Positions 33,223 to 44,594 of a stretch of 64,000 nucleotides of DNA are shown here, in pieces (within the stretch, counting starts at the first letter, position 1; each line of letters starts with the position of its first letter). The notes under the pieces are model-generated. The model had not been told where the DNA came from, did not search any database, and saw nothing but the letters and a program-made list of their open reading frames with translations. The stretch is from Diplonema japonicum. Lineage: Eukaryota > Protista > Euglenozoa: Diplonemea. A program made the position numbers and the translations under genes. The stretch spans positions 62,001 to 126,000 of the forward strand of contig OZ025692.1 of the NCBI GenBank assembly GCA_964019335.1. Reading direction: 5' to 3'.

Positions 33223-34917
33223 TCACACAGCCTCAACAGCCGGTTCGTTAGAAACCTGCTGATTGAAAGGGTCGCTAGAGGTCTGCTGTGTGACAGGGGG
33301 AGCTTGTTGGGCCTGAACGTTGACAACCCCCTGTTGCTTGGCCATAGCAGGCTGTGCTTCGACATCATTTCCGGGCGTTGTCCCCTGCCCACGGCAGAAG
33401 AAGAAGTACAACACCACGACTGCCCCCACCACTGCCACACAAACCACCACCACAATGGCAACGGTGTAGTCTGTGGAGCTGGAGCTACTCCCGCACTGCC
33501 ACTCCAAAGTGAAGCCTGTCCCTGTCACGCTCTCGTCACTCAACAGCTGCACCACCACCTCGTCCTGGGAGTAGCGCACAAACCTAGATGACGTGCTCGT
33601 TCCTGTGTACGAATCAGACTTCACCCCATTGACGTAGGTGACGATGCCGTCCTTGCCTTGTTCAAAGTCGTAAGTCTTGTACGTCATGTCGATGCCACCC
33701 GTGCACGACACCTTCCAGCAGCGGAACTCCACGTTCTTGTAGTTCCCCGTCTCGGGGTACTTCAGCGAGCCGCTGCTGTTCAGGGTTACAAACTCCCCGA
33801 AGCAGTCGAACTCGTTGTCGGTGGTGCGCACTGCGCCGGCGCACGGAACATGAAGGAGCGTCGAGTCACTCGCGTTCGCCGACTTAGGGTTCTTGATGAC
33901 ATTCTTCAGAGCAGTCTCCTGCAAGACAGACAGCATGCTGTTGTACGACGGCGTCACACCAGCAGCAAGGTAGTTCGCCGCAACACCTGCCACGTGTGGT
34001 GCGGCCATCGAGGTGCCGCTCTTCCTTACATATGTGTTGGGTTCCACGTTCGAAGCTGACGAGACGAACTGCCCAGGGGCGTAGAGGTTCACGCACTGCC
34101 CCCAGTTACTGCTGCTTGAGGGACCGTAGGCATTATTGCCGAACATTGCGTTCCCCACGTTGATGGCGTTGCTTGCCGAGCCAGGCGAGATATTGCAGGC
34201 GTCCACTCCTTTGTTGCCCGAGGCGGTGACAACCACAGTAGTGGTGGAGAAGGACTCGATGGCCTTGTTGAAAAGGTCTGACCGATCCCCACCAAGGGAC
34301 AGGTTGATGACAGAGGGCTTGCCATGTGCCGTGATGTCATCAATTGCCCACTCAACCCCCTTGAGGAGACTCTGATACGTGATCTTGTTATCAGTGTTGC
34401 TCACCCGCACAGACTTGATGGAAGCCTTCCTTGAGATACCAGCCACGATGCCCGCCACGTGTGTCCCGTGGCCCTGCGTATCGGCTGTTGGCCCACCTGT
34501 GTTCGCAATAGTGCACCTCCCGCCGAAGATCGCATGGTTGCAAGACACACCGCTGTCGAGAATGTAGACGACGACACCCTCACCACCGCCCCCCTGCGGG
34601 AACGCGTACGACTCTGCGAGGTAGTCGCTCCCACCGCTGATGGAGCGTGCCCCCCACTGGGCATCCTTGTCAAGCTCCCCACACAAGCTCGGTGCAGTGA
34701 AGAACGAATATCCCTTATCGGTGACGTCCTCCGCTTCTTCCACCTGAATACCGCTTGTCGACATCATCCCCACCTCATCCATGTTGTCCAACACCATCAT
34801 CTGAAAGCCGTTGATGTCGTACACACCCTTCGCACCCTTCTTCGCACCGTGAACCTTCGCTAAAAACTCAGCATTCACAAGGCCAACAAGCACTGCGAGA
34901 ACGGGGATGCACTTCAT
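33223..34917 (-). CDS. Subtilisin (S8) - CUB - TM surface protease, paralogue 2
   Basis: Same triad motifs, CUB-like domain and TM helix as paralogue 1. Confidence 0.92.
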   Translation of the reverse strand: MKCIPVLAVLVGLVNAEFLAKVHGAKKGAKGVYDINGFQMMVLDNMDEVGMMSTSGIQVEEAEDVTDKGYSFFTAPSLCGELDKDAQWGARSISGGSDYLAESYAFPQGGGGEGVVVYILDSGVSCNHAIFGGRCTIANTGGPTADTQGHGTHVAGIVAGISRKASIKSVRVSNTDNKITYQSLLKGVEWAIDDITAHGKPSVINLSLGGDRSDLFNKAIESFSTTTVVVTASGNKGVDACNISPGSASNAINVGNAMFGNNAYGPSSSSNWGQCVNLYAPGQFVSSASNVEPNTYVRKSGTSMAAPHVAGVAANYLAAGVTPSYNSMLSVLQETALKNVIKNPKSANASDSTLLHVPCAGAVRTTDNEFDCFGEFVTLNSSGSLKYPETGNYKNVEFRCWKVSCTGGIDMTYKTYDFEQGKDGIVTYVNGVKSDSYTGTSTSSRFVRYSQDEVVVQLLSDESVTGTGFTLEWQCGSSSSSTDYTVAIVVVVCVAVVGAVVVLYFFFCRGQGTTPGNDVEAQPAMAKQQGVVNVQAQQAPPVTQQTSSDPFNQQVSNEPAVEAV

Positions 34918-35394
34918 GGTTTTCCCAAGTAAGGACTGTGTGGGGGGTATGCGGCGCGTTGGAAAAACGCAAATAAAAAATGAAATGAGTCAAAAAACAA
35001 TCCTTTCGCAACTAGGCATGCCAGATGGCCGCAGTAACTGAGGAGGGGGGTAGAAATCAACTGCAGCTTAATCCAACTGTAGTACACGGCACGGCTTTCC
35101 AAACATATTTCAGTCGAAGTCAGAGTCATGAGGCAGTCCTTGTGCCAGTAAAATTGGTCGCTTTCTTTTAGTCTCTTTGGTTGGCAGCCAGACGGTTCGA
35201 TACTCTTAGGACGACTTTTAGAAACACCTAACCACTTTTATTTTTGTGAAAACGTTTCCTGCTTGAAGTTCACATCCCTGACAAGTGGCGTAAAAACCAT
35301 TATTGAAAATATTGAAATATATTTGGGAAACTGCATTAGTACGTAAGAGAAACAAAAACAAAAAAGAGGAATTGTTTTTACTCGGATGTTCATT

Positions 35395-35428
<34 letters not shown>

Positions 35429-35835
35429 ACAAAAAAACAAAAAAACAAAAGAATAAAGGACTTTGCAATGTGGTCTCCCCCGTTCTATCTTTCTTGTATC
35501 TGTCCGACCACGGCCGACGCACAAAGATGCATAACCACCCGCCCTCAAAACCGGGTACAGGTAATATTGTAAGGGAAAAAGGGAGTCGGCTGATTGTTTG
35601 TGCAAGCCGGAGGGAACAAAAAAAAAAGAATACAAAACCAAAAGTAAAGAGGGCAGCGCGTGTGCAAAAGGCAAACCGGAAGGAGAGAAAAAAAAACTGC
35701 AGGGTAAAAAACATTCTCTTAAATCCTGATTGATCGTCCACTGGCTTCTGCCTCCATCTACCGTTTCCGAGATGCCGCATCACATCAAGTCCCACTCAGG
35801 CGCTTCGTTCTTGATGAGTTCCGTTCGACGCCTCT

Positions 35836-38031
35836 TCAGGCTTCGTCCTCAGTGGGTTCCATGGGTGCTTCTGCGTCCTTCGTGGGTTCCATGGGTGCTT
35901 CGTCATCGGGTGGGCTGTCCTTTTTCTTGTTCTTCGAAGTGCAGAAGAAGACAACCGCGCCAATGATCACGAAGAATGCCAGGCAGCCCAAGGGGATCAC
36001 GTAGAACAGGTAGGTTCTAGATATGTCATCATCTTCGATAACGCACACATCTCGCCGTGCCGCGTCGCTCTCGAGAAGGTACCCATCGATGCACTGAAGA
36101 GCTACACACGTGCTTCCCACTAACGTCGACACATTCGCCCCAGAGGCATGGCACTCCACCCGAGACACAGTGGCCGTCTCCGTCGTGAATTCTGTCCCAA
36201 TCACATTAGCCAGCTCATTGTGCGTCCCTGCAAGGCTTACGCGGACTGCAGCCTTCACTTCTTCTACTAAGACGCTCCCCGAGCTCACCACAGGCATCGC
36301 GTAATGGATCGACCCGCAGCCGTACGACGGGCGCACGCTGTCCTGTTTAAGCGCTTTTGCGAACATGTCTGCGAACATGGTGAGCCGTGTGGCGTTCGGA
36401 AGGAAGTCGTCGCACCTTCCGTTAGGGAACACCCCCCTCAGCACTTCGCTCGCAGACGCAACGGTCGGTGCAGCAGTTGGCTCGACTGTTAAAGGTGCAC
36501 TTGTAGGTTCGGCTGTGTCAGGTGCCTTGGTGTCGGGTGCCTTTGTATCAGGTGCCTTGGTGTCGGGTGCCGCTGTATCTGGTGCAGCAGTGTCTGGTGC
36601 AGGTGCCGTCGGGATGCATTTCCAATCAACCAAAACATATGTTCGAATTGAGCTGACCCCCTCTGACAGCAACTGCACCACACGCTCGCCTACCCCGTTG
36701 CTTCCTGTTAGCACGCCATTGCCTGTCACCTCCTGCACTGTGGTGTGCGTGCTACCTGCGTAGATGTTGAGGAACTCTGTGTCTGTCTGAAGGGTGTACG
36801 TCGCGTTCAGCTGCACGCTCTGCGGACACGACACCTGCCAGCACACCACTTCATCGCTAAGCAACCGCCCGGCCTCAGGGTGGAATATATCGCCACTGTC
36901 ATTGAACACAGCAGCGTACTTCCCAAAGCAGTTCCTCAGGCTGTCCTGGCTTGGTGTAGCCCCGCTGCAAGGGACATGGAGCAGAACGTTCGGCGTGTCA
37001 GCCTGCAGCCCAACAATGGCATCGGTGTGGCTTGTGTTCTGAAGGAGCGTCAGGACGGTGTCGTGGGTTGCTTCCACTCCATCAGCAAGGTAGTTCGCCA
37101 CAACACCTGCCACATGTGGTGTGGCCATCGAGGTGCCGGTTAACTGCTTGAGCGAAGTGTCATCAGCATTCGAAGCTGACGAGATGAACTCCCCCGCTGC
37201 GTGGATATCGATGCATTTCCCGTGGTTCGAGTTTCTCTGCGGATAGTACGAACCCCCGAACCCTACGTTCCCTACGTTGATACTATTGTTGGAGGTCCCA
37301 GGTGAGAAGTCGCAGGCGTCCTTGGCCTTGTTGCCTGCTGAAGTGACCACGATGGTCCCGTCGGGGATGGCAGCAATCGCGTTGTTTAGAATTTCAGAGA
37401 AGGGAGAAGAAAGGGAGAGGTTGATGACAGAGGGCTTGCCGTGTGCTTTGATGTCGCTGACGGCATGCGCGATGCCCTTCAGGACGTCAGCATACTTCGC
37501 AGTGTTGCTGCTGTCGAGAACTTTAATTGATGTGATGGCTGCCTTCTGAGAGACTGCTGCCACGATGCCCGCCACGTGTGTCCCGTGGCCCACTTCGTCC
37601 TCGTCGATGTTGTCGGCGAAGTTTGCTGCGAAAGTGCACCTCCCACCGAAGACCGCATGGCTGCACCGTACACCGCTGTCGAGAATGTAGACGACGACAC
37701 CCTCACCACCGCCCCCCTGCGGGAACGCGTACGACTCTGCGAGGTAGTTGCTCCCACCGCTGATGGAGCGTGCCCCCCATTCGGCGTTGGGGTCTTCCCC
37801 CCCGCATAGGCTGGATGCGGTAAGACGCTTTCCTGTGACGTCCTCCACGCTCTCCACCTCAGCACCCTGTGCAGCAACCTTGCCCACCTCCTCCATGTCG
37901 TCTAGCACCATTACTTTGAAGCCGTTGATGTCGATTACCCCTTCGGTCCCCTCTTTCACCCCACGCACCACAGCTAGGTGCTCACCGGTCACGAGGCACA
38001 CAAGCGTCGTGAGTACTGGGATCCATTTCAT
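35836..38031 (-). CDS. Subtilisin (S8) - degenerate CUB - APDT mucin-like stalk - TM protease, paralogue 3
   Basis: Intact triad motifs, 15-nt APDT(A/K) tandem repeats at about 36510-36605, a TM helix, and a duplicated EAPMEPT cytoplasmic tail. Confidence 0.9.
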   Translation of the reverse strand: MKWIPVLTTLVCLVTGEHLAVVRGVKEGTEGVIDINGFKVMVLDDMEEVGKVAAQGAEVESVEDVTGKRLTASSLCGGEDPNAEWGARSISGGSNYLAESYAFPQGGGGEGVVVYILDSGVRCSHAVFGGRCTFAANFADNIDEDEVGHGTHVAGIVAAVSQKAAITSIKVLDSSNTAKYADVLKGIAHAVSDIKAHGKPSVINLSLSSPFSEILNNAIAAIPDGTIVVTSAGNKAKDACDFSPGTSNNSINVGNVGFGGSYYPQRNSNHGKCIDIHAAGEFISSASNADDTSLKQLTGTSMATPHVAGVVANYLADGVEATHDTVLTLLQNTSHTDAIVGLQADTPNVLLHVPCSGATPSQDSLRNCFGKYAAVFNDSGDIFHPEAGRLLSDEVVCWQVSCPQSVQLNATYTLQTDTEFLNIYAGSTHTTVQEVTGNGVLTGSNGVGERVVQLLSEGVSSIRTYVLVDWKCIPTAPAPDTAAPDTAAPDTKAPDTKAPDTKAPDTAEPTSAPLTVEPTAAPTVASASEVLRGVFPNGRCDDFLPNATRLTMFADMFAKALKQDSVRPSYGCGSIHYAMPVVSSGSVLVEEVKAAVRVSLAGTHNELANVIGTEFTTETATVSRVECHASGANVSTLVGSTCVALQCIDGYLLESDAARRDVCVIEDDDISRTYLFYVIPLGCLAFFVIIGAVVFFCTSKNKKKDSPPDDEAPMEPTKDAEAPMEPTEDEA

Positions 38032-38835
38032 GTTCTTCCTGGTGACAACAAGGTGTTATTGTTATGGGAATGGTAAGGACCGTAGGTTTCGCAAAAAAAA
38101 AAAAAAAAAAAAAAATGGTAAAAGAAGAAGTATAATATTAAAAAAAAAAGGGGGGGAGGAGGAAGAAGAGAGAAATATTCCTGAAAGAAAAATATTTATA
38201 AAGAAAATGGTATTTACCAAGAAAAAGTTTTCAATCAGCACTCCAAAACAAATAAGATGGTAAATAGGAAAAAAACAAAAAAAAAACCATTTTTCTTTTT
38301 TTTTAAATTCAAGCAACAACGAAGAAGAAGGGGTTAAAAAAAAAGGGGGGGGGACGACAAACTACATAACAAGCCAGTTCATTATCATATTGCAAATAAA
38401 AAAAAGGATATCTTAGCCCACTTGCGGGCCACCTAAAAGTGTGACGACAAAGGGTACAAAAAAAAAGAAAGGAAGGAAAATAAAATAGGGCCGTTTTTTT
38501 TCTTCTTATTGCTAACTACCTCTCATTTGTAATTTCTTTTTTTTTTTGCATTGGCAACCTTTAATTTATTTTCCCCTTCCTCAATTCTTCTCCCCCATCT
38601 TTATTCCTTCACTTTTTTTTTTTCATGTACACCTTTTTTTTTTTTTCTTTTTCTTTTTTCCTCCTTTTTTTTTTCCCGCCTCTTTTTTTTTTGTTTCTTC
38701 TGTCGGCCACACTTATCAAAAAAAAAAAAAGGAACCCAACCAAAAAAAAAAATATATATATAATAACCACCACCTTTTAATGAAAAAAGGAATGAAAAGA
38801 AAAGAAGAAAAATCGTTTAGTTTTTTTCTTTTTTT

Positions 38836-39282
38836 TTAGTATTCACGTTTTCCACAGTTTGAACATTTGGCGAACTTGAACTTGTGTTGGCCTTCTGCAC
38901 AGGACGCAGTAGATGTCCCTGAGGGCTTACGTGCGGTGGCTGAGGCAGACCCGTAGCCTTCGCTCTTGGCGCACTTACTGCATTTCCCGAATTTCCAGTT
39001 GTGGGCCCCACCTTTAGGGCAGCTGCCAGAGGAGGACTCCATCGCTGAGCCAGCAGATTGCTTGTATGTGCTTGCTTCCCCAGGCTGGATGCGGGCCCCT
39101 GCAGTCCTACCACTGATCTGTTGTGCGGAGTGGGCAGAAGTAGCCCATGAGCCTCTAGAGCCAGGGGCGCTTCCCACTGTCAGCGGTTGGCAGCATTTCG
39201 GGCATTCGTTTTTACCGTACTTATCTAACCAGCTGAAATCGCAGTGAGGGCACCTTTTGCGCGTTTCGGTGAAGCCAGACAT
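38836..39282 (-). CDS. Small Cys/His-rich putative zinc-binding protein
   Basis: CPHC..CPKC, then two C-x4/5-H-x-[WF]KF[GA]KCSxC modules. Likely ATG at 39282. Confidence 0.75.
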   Translation of the reverse strand: MSGFTETRKRCPHCDFSWLDKYGKNECPKCCQPLTVGSAPGSRGSWATSAHSAQQISGRTAGARIQPGEASTYKQSAGSAMESSSGSCPKGGAHNWKFGKCSKCAKSEGYGSASATARKPSGTSTASCAEGQHKFKFAKCSNCGKREY

Positions 39283-39835
39283 TTCTTTTTTTCCCTTATC
39301 TACCGTCAAACCTGCATAGTTGTTAAAGCAAAAAAAAAAAAATATGGGAAGAGGAAAAAAAAAAAAGGAAAAAAAAAAGAGAAAAAGATTGTATTCCTAC
39401 CATGAGGTAATAACAGGTTTTTTTTCCCCCCTTCTTTTTTTTTTTGGGTGTGGGAGAAAGAAAGTGTGATTAAGAGGGAAGAGATCAACAAAAAAAAGGG
39501 GGGCAGAGGGAAAGAAGATTAAAAACCCAAAAACAAAAAAAAAAAAATGGGGCTTTGATTGCAACACTAGGTGGCGTTAAGCGTGCAATATTAAAAGGAA
39601 GATGAAAAAAGGGGGAAACGCAAGTTTTTTCAAAAGACTAGTTTGTGATTCTTTTTTTTTTTCATTTTTTTTTTTTGAACACCAGAATACGGAAAAAAAG
39701 GGGGGGAAAGGAACGGATTTAAAAGGAAAAAAAGAAGAAGCAAAAAAGTAGTTTTGGACGAAAAAAAAAAAAAAAAGGGTGTGCTATTTATTCACAGCGT
39801 AATAATGAATCCCATGACCCATAGAGCTGAACAAT

Positions 39836-39867
<32 letters not shown>

Positions 39868-40354
39868 CTTTTCATGTGGCACCTTCAAGAGTTGCGGCCA
39901 GGTGCTTGGCACCCAGACTGTACCCCACGGTCCTTTGTTCCATTTCTTTATTTTTCTACTCTTTTTTTTTTTTTTTTTCTTCGTTTTTCCCAGTAAGGTA
40001 TTTATGTGTTTCAACAGTGTCTTTCTGCTACCTGCTACGTCGGGGGGAGGTTACCACCGTATTTTCTTGTAGCAAGCAGTGCAGATGTAGCGAAAGTGGC
40101 CAGAAAATGGCCCGTGACAAAAATAAAATAGAAAGAAGAAGAAAAAAAAAAACCCCCACCTCCCTGCCTTCCGTGCAGAAGAAAAAGAAGCAAAGGCTAT
40201 TGTTATCTAGAAAGCCTTTTATGAAGAAGAAAGCAACAGGGGAAAGGGAATGAGTCAATAAGAGAGAGAGAGAAAAGAAGAAAAGCAAAATAATAAAAGC
40301 ATGAAATACAAATAAAAGGGAATAAGGAAAAGAAGGAGGGGGGGGGGGGGGGGG

Positions 40355-40883
40355 GGGGGTCACATGGTAGTGGTAAAATGGGTGGGTTTTTTTCAATTTC
40401 GCCAGTGCAGAGTACTGGAGCCACTATGTACTACAACCCCTTTTTTTTTGACCAAAAAATCGCTTTCCGCCCGATTCTGGGTACTTTTGGGCACCTGTGT
40501 GGGCATTATTTTGTATTTTTAAAAAGGTGACCACGTTTTTTGTACCTGGCCTGTTGTCTCCCCTGTATCCTCTGGACTTTTCTGAAAACCTAGTATTTGA
40601 CATGGTTCGTACCTCCCTCTGAACGCAGCTCTTTAGGACGCCGCTACCGTTTGAACAACAGAGTACATTATAAGTTTATATGTTTCTGCAAATATTTCAG
40701 GTACCGAACTGTGGTCACTGTTTTCAGAAATACAAATAAAGCATTAACAGCGGATATTGATTTTTTTTTTTGGCCAATTTTTTTTAGAGGGTATTGGGTA
40801 GTTTTCTTACCGTAGAAAATCTTTTCTTTTAAAAACTTTCTTTTTTCACTTTACCCACGTTTTTAAGGGGCATGTGACCCCCC
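40355..40883. mobile_element. MITE-like element with GGGGGTCACATG TIRs (about 530 bp)
   Basis: gggggtcacatg at the left end and catgtgaccccc at the right end, plus subterminal ggtaaaatg / cactttacc. AT-rich non-coding interior. Confidence 0.55.
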
Positions 40884-41062
40884 ACCACCACCACCACCGC
40901 TATGTTGGCAAGAAACGGGGAAACGTTTCTGTATCCCTTTTTTTTCAGAAATCCTTCTCGGAGGAAACGTGTTCCCTTCTTAAGGAAACGGCCCTACCGG
41001 GGGGGGGGGGGGGGGGGGGGACAAGAGATCTATGGTGCAGCTAGCGTATTTTAAATCAATAA

Positions 41063-41110
<48 letters not shown>

Positions 41111-41356
41111 TACAAAGCAAATACGGTATTCTAAGAAAAAGAAAAAGAAAACTGCTAACTTACTCAAGGTCTATCTCTTAGCCAGGAGGAGCGTTCCTTA
41201 CTTTCCTTTGCCTATTGTAAAAAGGAACTTTCACACGTCACAGCCTTTGGTGAGAGACCTTTCGGCTAGGTAGCATTCTACTCAATAATAAATAATAAAA
41301 ATCTTCCCCCCCCCCCCCCCCTTGTCTTCTTCCTTTTATTTCTTTATTGTTCCCCG

Positions 41357-43252
41357 CTACCCAGATGTATTCCCCGCGGCAGCAATTGCTTTATTCCGTC
41401 TCGCCAGTTCCACAAGGTAGGTTCTGGTCTTCTCAGCGGTCTCGTACACCTCACACGCTCCAAGGGAGCCTAACTTATCCACAATGGCAGCTGCGACCTT
41501 GGGGATGGAGCTGTTCGCAGCTGCTGTGACATTTGTGACAATCTGAGTGTTTTTACGTGTTTAGTCCCCCCTTCCCAAAACACACCATTCCCCCTTTGGG
41601 GAGGAAGTGATACAGCAAGATACTTTTTAACTTGAGAGTCGAGTCCACAGCCGACTTCACACGCTTCGTTCTCTCCATCAAGATCGCCTGTAAAAATATA
41701 CTTCATGCCACCCCTTTGAGCATACATGATGCACCGACAGATCGTCGCACAAGACGGACAGCTGCGGGTAGAAATCCTTCGAGACAACAGAGCACTTCAG
41801 CTGAAAGGTGACCCCCCAGATCAATGGGATCACCGGCTTCGTCAACCGGAAGGTGTTCGGCTCCGCAACATCTGTCCACACCTTTGGCTTCTTCAACCCT
41901 GACCCAGGCTGGCACGCTCTGTGGAACGCCACTGACGACAGCACACTGGAGTTCAGGTCCGCAGGGTCAATCTCAGGAGGAAAGACGTACATCCCTTTGT
42001 TCAGGAGGTAGATATGCTTCTGTGCCTCCTCTGTCAAGGGGTCCAGATGCGATACAGAGTTCTCTGCCAGCTCGTCCTTGAAGCCGCTGATGTTCACGAA
42101 GGACGCCACCATCTTCAGCTGCTGCTGCGTCATCTTGAATCCGTCCTTGCAGCTGCAGTGGTACAGCGCACCGCCCTCTCGCAGCAGTTGCATGCTCGAC
42201 GGGTCGTCGAAGAAGTCGACGGTGTCTATAACCTTGTAAGGCACCTTCCGCAGCGACTTGGCAGGGCAGGTCAGCGCCATGTCAGGAGGCACGTCCCTTG
42301 CGTTCTTCGGCTCTACGGAAGTCCCCCGCTCGACATCCTTCACCGTGTCCGCCACCACCTGCCCCTCTTTCGAGGGGTCCGCTGTGTTGAGCTTTCCCCG
42401 CATAGCAGCTCCGGCCAGTTTCGCCATCTGCATATGCATCATGAAGCACTTCTCACACAGACGCTTCCCGCACTTCCTGCACCCACGGTTCAAAATGCCT
42501 CTTCGTGAGCATAGTGCGCATATTGTGAGTCCAGGCCCCCAGTCGTGGAGCCCCCGCTCATCAGCACATTCCGGGAGTGCCATGCCCTTGTTCATGGATG
42601 AAGAGATGTCGCGCGGCTGCTGCTTGAGCAGTGCGTTGAGGGTGGGCACGACCTGAGGCTTGGCCTGCAGCAGCGTGATGATCCCATCGCGCCCAATGGT
42701 CTCCCCGGCGGAGTCTGCAGGGAGCTCAAGGTCGTGGAGGAGGCGGCTGTGCTCCTCGGGGGTGAGGGGGGCCGTGCCTGTCGTGCTGTAGACCTGTATA
42801 GTGAGCTGCGAAACGTTGAGGAGGGAGAGACGCTCCTCCTTGTGGGCGTCAAAGCACGTGTGACACATCCTCTTGCCACACATCTTGCAACCACGGTTGA
42901 GGATAGGACGGGAGTTGCACTGGGCGCAGGAGGAGAGGCCAGGGCCCCAATCATAGAACACCTCATTCACACACTCAGGGTAGAGACGGACAGTAGAAGC
43001 AGAAGGGCTGGCAGCATCATCACTCCAAGACTTGCAAGAGCACAGGCTAGGAGAGCGAACCATGTTCGGGCTGCTGCTACACGCCGTCGCTACAGGGGTA
43101 GCATCTTCCATCTTCCGTACCACTGTCATGTTGTCGGCATACCGGTTGGCAGCAGGGGACTCTCCTGCCACCCTCTTGCATACCCATAGGAATGCAAACA
43201 CCAACAACACACCGCACACGCTCGCCACCAGTGCGATGACGAACGGACCCAT
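41357..43252 (-). CDS. TM-anchored protein with two Cys-rich repeats and a possible START/SRPBCC-like C-terminal domain (3 exons)
   Basis: N-terminal TM and a duplicated DWGPGL..CAxC...ILNRGCxxCGKRxCxxCF module. Introns 41688-41725 (38 nt) and 41543-41585 (43 nt, GTGTG donor) add 95 aa ending at TAG 41357. Confidence 0.75.
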
Positions 43253-43679
43253 CTTCCCCTAAAGGTGCTGAACAGAGGGGGGAAGGGGGATAAAAAAAAA
43301 TAAGAAAAAGAAAAAAAGAAAAGCCCCTCTACTACTTTCGTATTAAAAGGAGGGCGCGTAGGAGGGACGGGGTGTTTTTTTTTTAAAAAAAATGAAACAG
43401 GCAAGAATTAGGAGAGAGGAAGGGAGAGAGGGAAAAGAAACGAAACAAGGGAGGGGGGGATAATAAAAGAGATAGGAATGAGTGTTTAGTTCTTTTTTTT
43501 CTTCTTTTTCTTTTTCTGCTAATTGTGTTGCCTACTACGAATTTCTGGCGATACTAGTTATCTAGAAAAGAAAAGAAAAAATCCGCAAAATAAGGGAGAG
43601 GGGGGGGGGGGGGGGGGGGGGAAGCATTCCTAGGGCGAATCAAGTGCCCCTTCAAGAGGGAACAGGTTAGTGGGAAGCA

Positions 43680-43710
<31 letters not shown>

Positions 43711-43887
43711 TGTCTTTATTCGCACGCCACAATGACGTGTAGCAGGGGAGTAGAGTGGGACACGGGACAAAGGGAGGGTTTAAAGAAACGGTCTTATGGA
43801 CATTGTTCTTGGGTGGTCTCTTTTTAACCTCTCCCTTTTTTTTTTTTTTTTTTTTTTTTTTTCCGCCTACACTTGGGGGGACGGCTT

Positions 43888-44477
43888 GGTCTACACTTGG
43901 GAGGATGACCACTGGGAGGGAAACCCACTGCTTCAGCTATCTATCTCCATGGCCCTCACGCCATGTTAGGAGACAGGTCGAATCGAGTGCTGGGTTCGAA
44001 CAACAGGTAGCGTTGCTTGTTTCGAATATTCTTGTCTTCTTGGATCAGTGCACTTTGCGCTTTTTTTACTTTTCTTTTTTTTTCAAACTCAAACTCGGGG
44101 GTGGGAGGAGGGGAAGGGAGTGTGCATTTCTCTTATGAAACCCAGCTCTATGCTCAAACCATGTGGGTGGGGGGTTTTTTTTTTAAACCGTTTAGTATCC
44201 TAAAGAAAAAAAAAAAGAAGGGGGAAAAAAAAGGAAAAAAAAAAAAAAAAACCAAACCCCATGCACCTCTGAGTTTCTCCCATTTCGTTCTAATCCAGTT
44301 CTTCTGCGAATGGTGAAGCATCAAAAAAAAAGGTGCTCCCCGAAAAGAGGACTAAAAAAGGGAAAAAAAAGGGGGGGGTGTGATAGAGAATATGGACAGA
44401 AAGAAGAGAAAGAAAGGTTTTTCTTCGTTCCTTCATAAGAGAATGGGGAAAAGGGGTCTACACTTGGGAGGATGACC
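43888..44477. repeat. Pair of identical 23-nt direct repeats (43888-43910 and 44455-44477)
   Basis: ggtctacacttgggaggatgacc occurs twice, with a partial third copy at 43867-43877. Confidence 0.8.
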
Positions 44478-44594
44478 CTCTAATTATTCTTCTTTTTTTT
44501 TTTTCCCGTTTGTTATATTGCCTTAAAAAAATGAAAAAAAAGTGTACAGATGGGAGAAGCTAACAGCATAGATCTTTAATGTCTTTTTTTCCTT

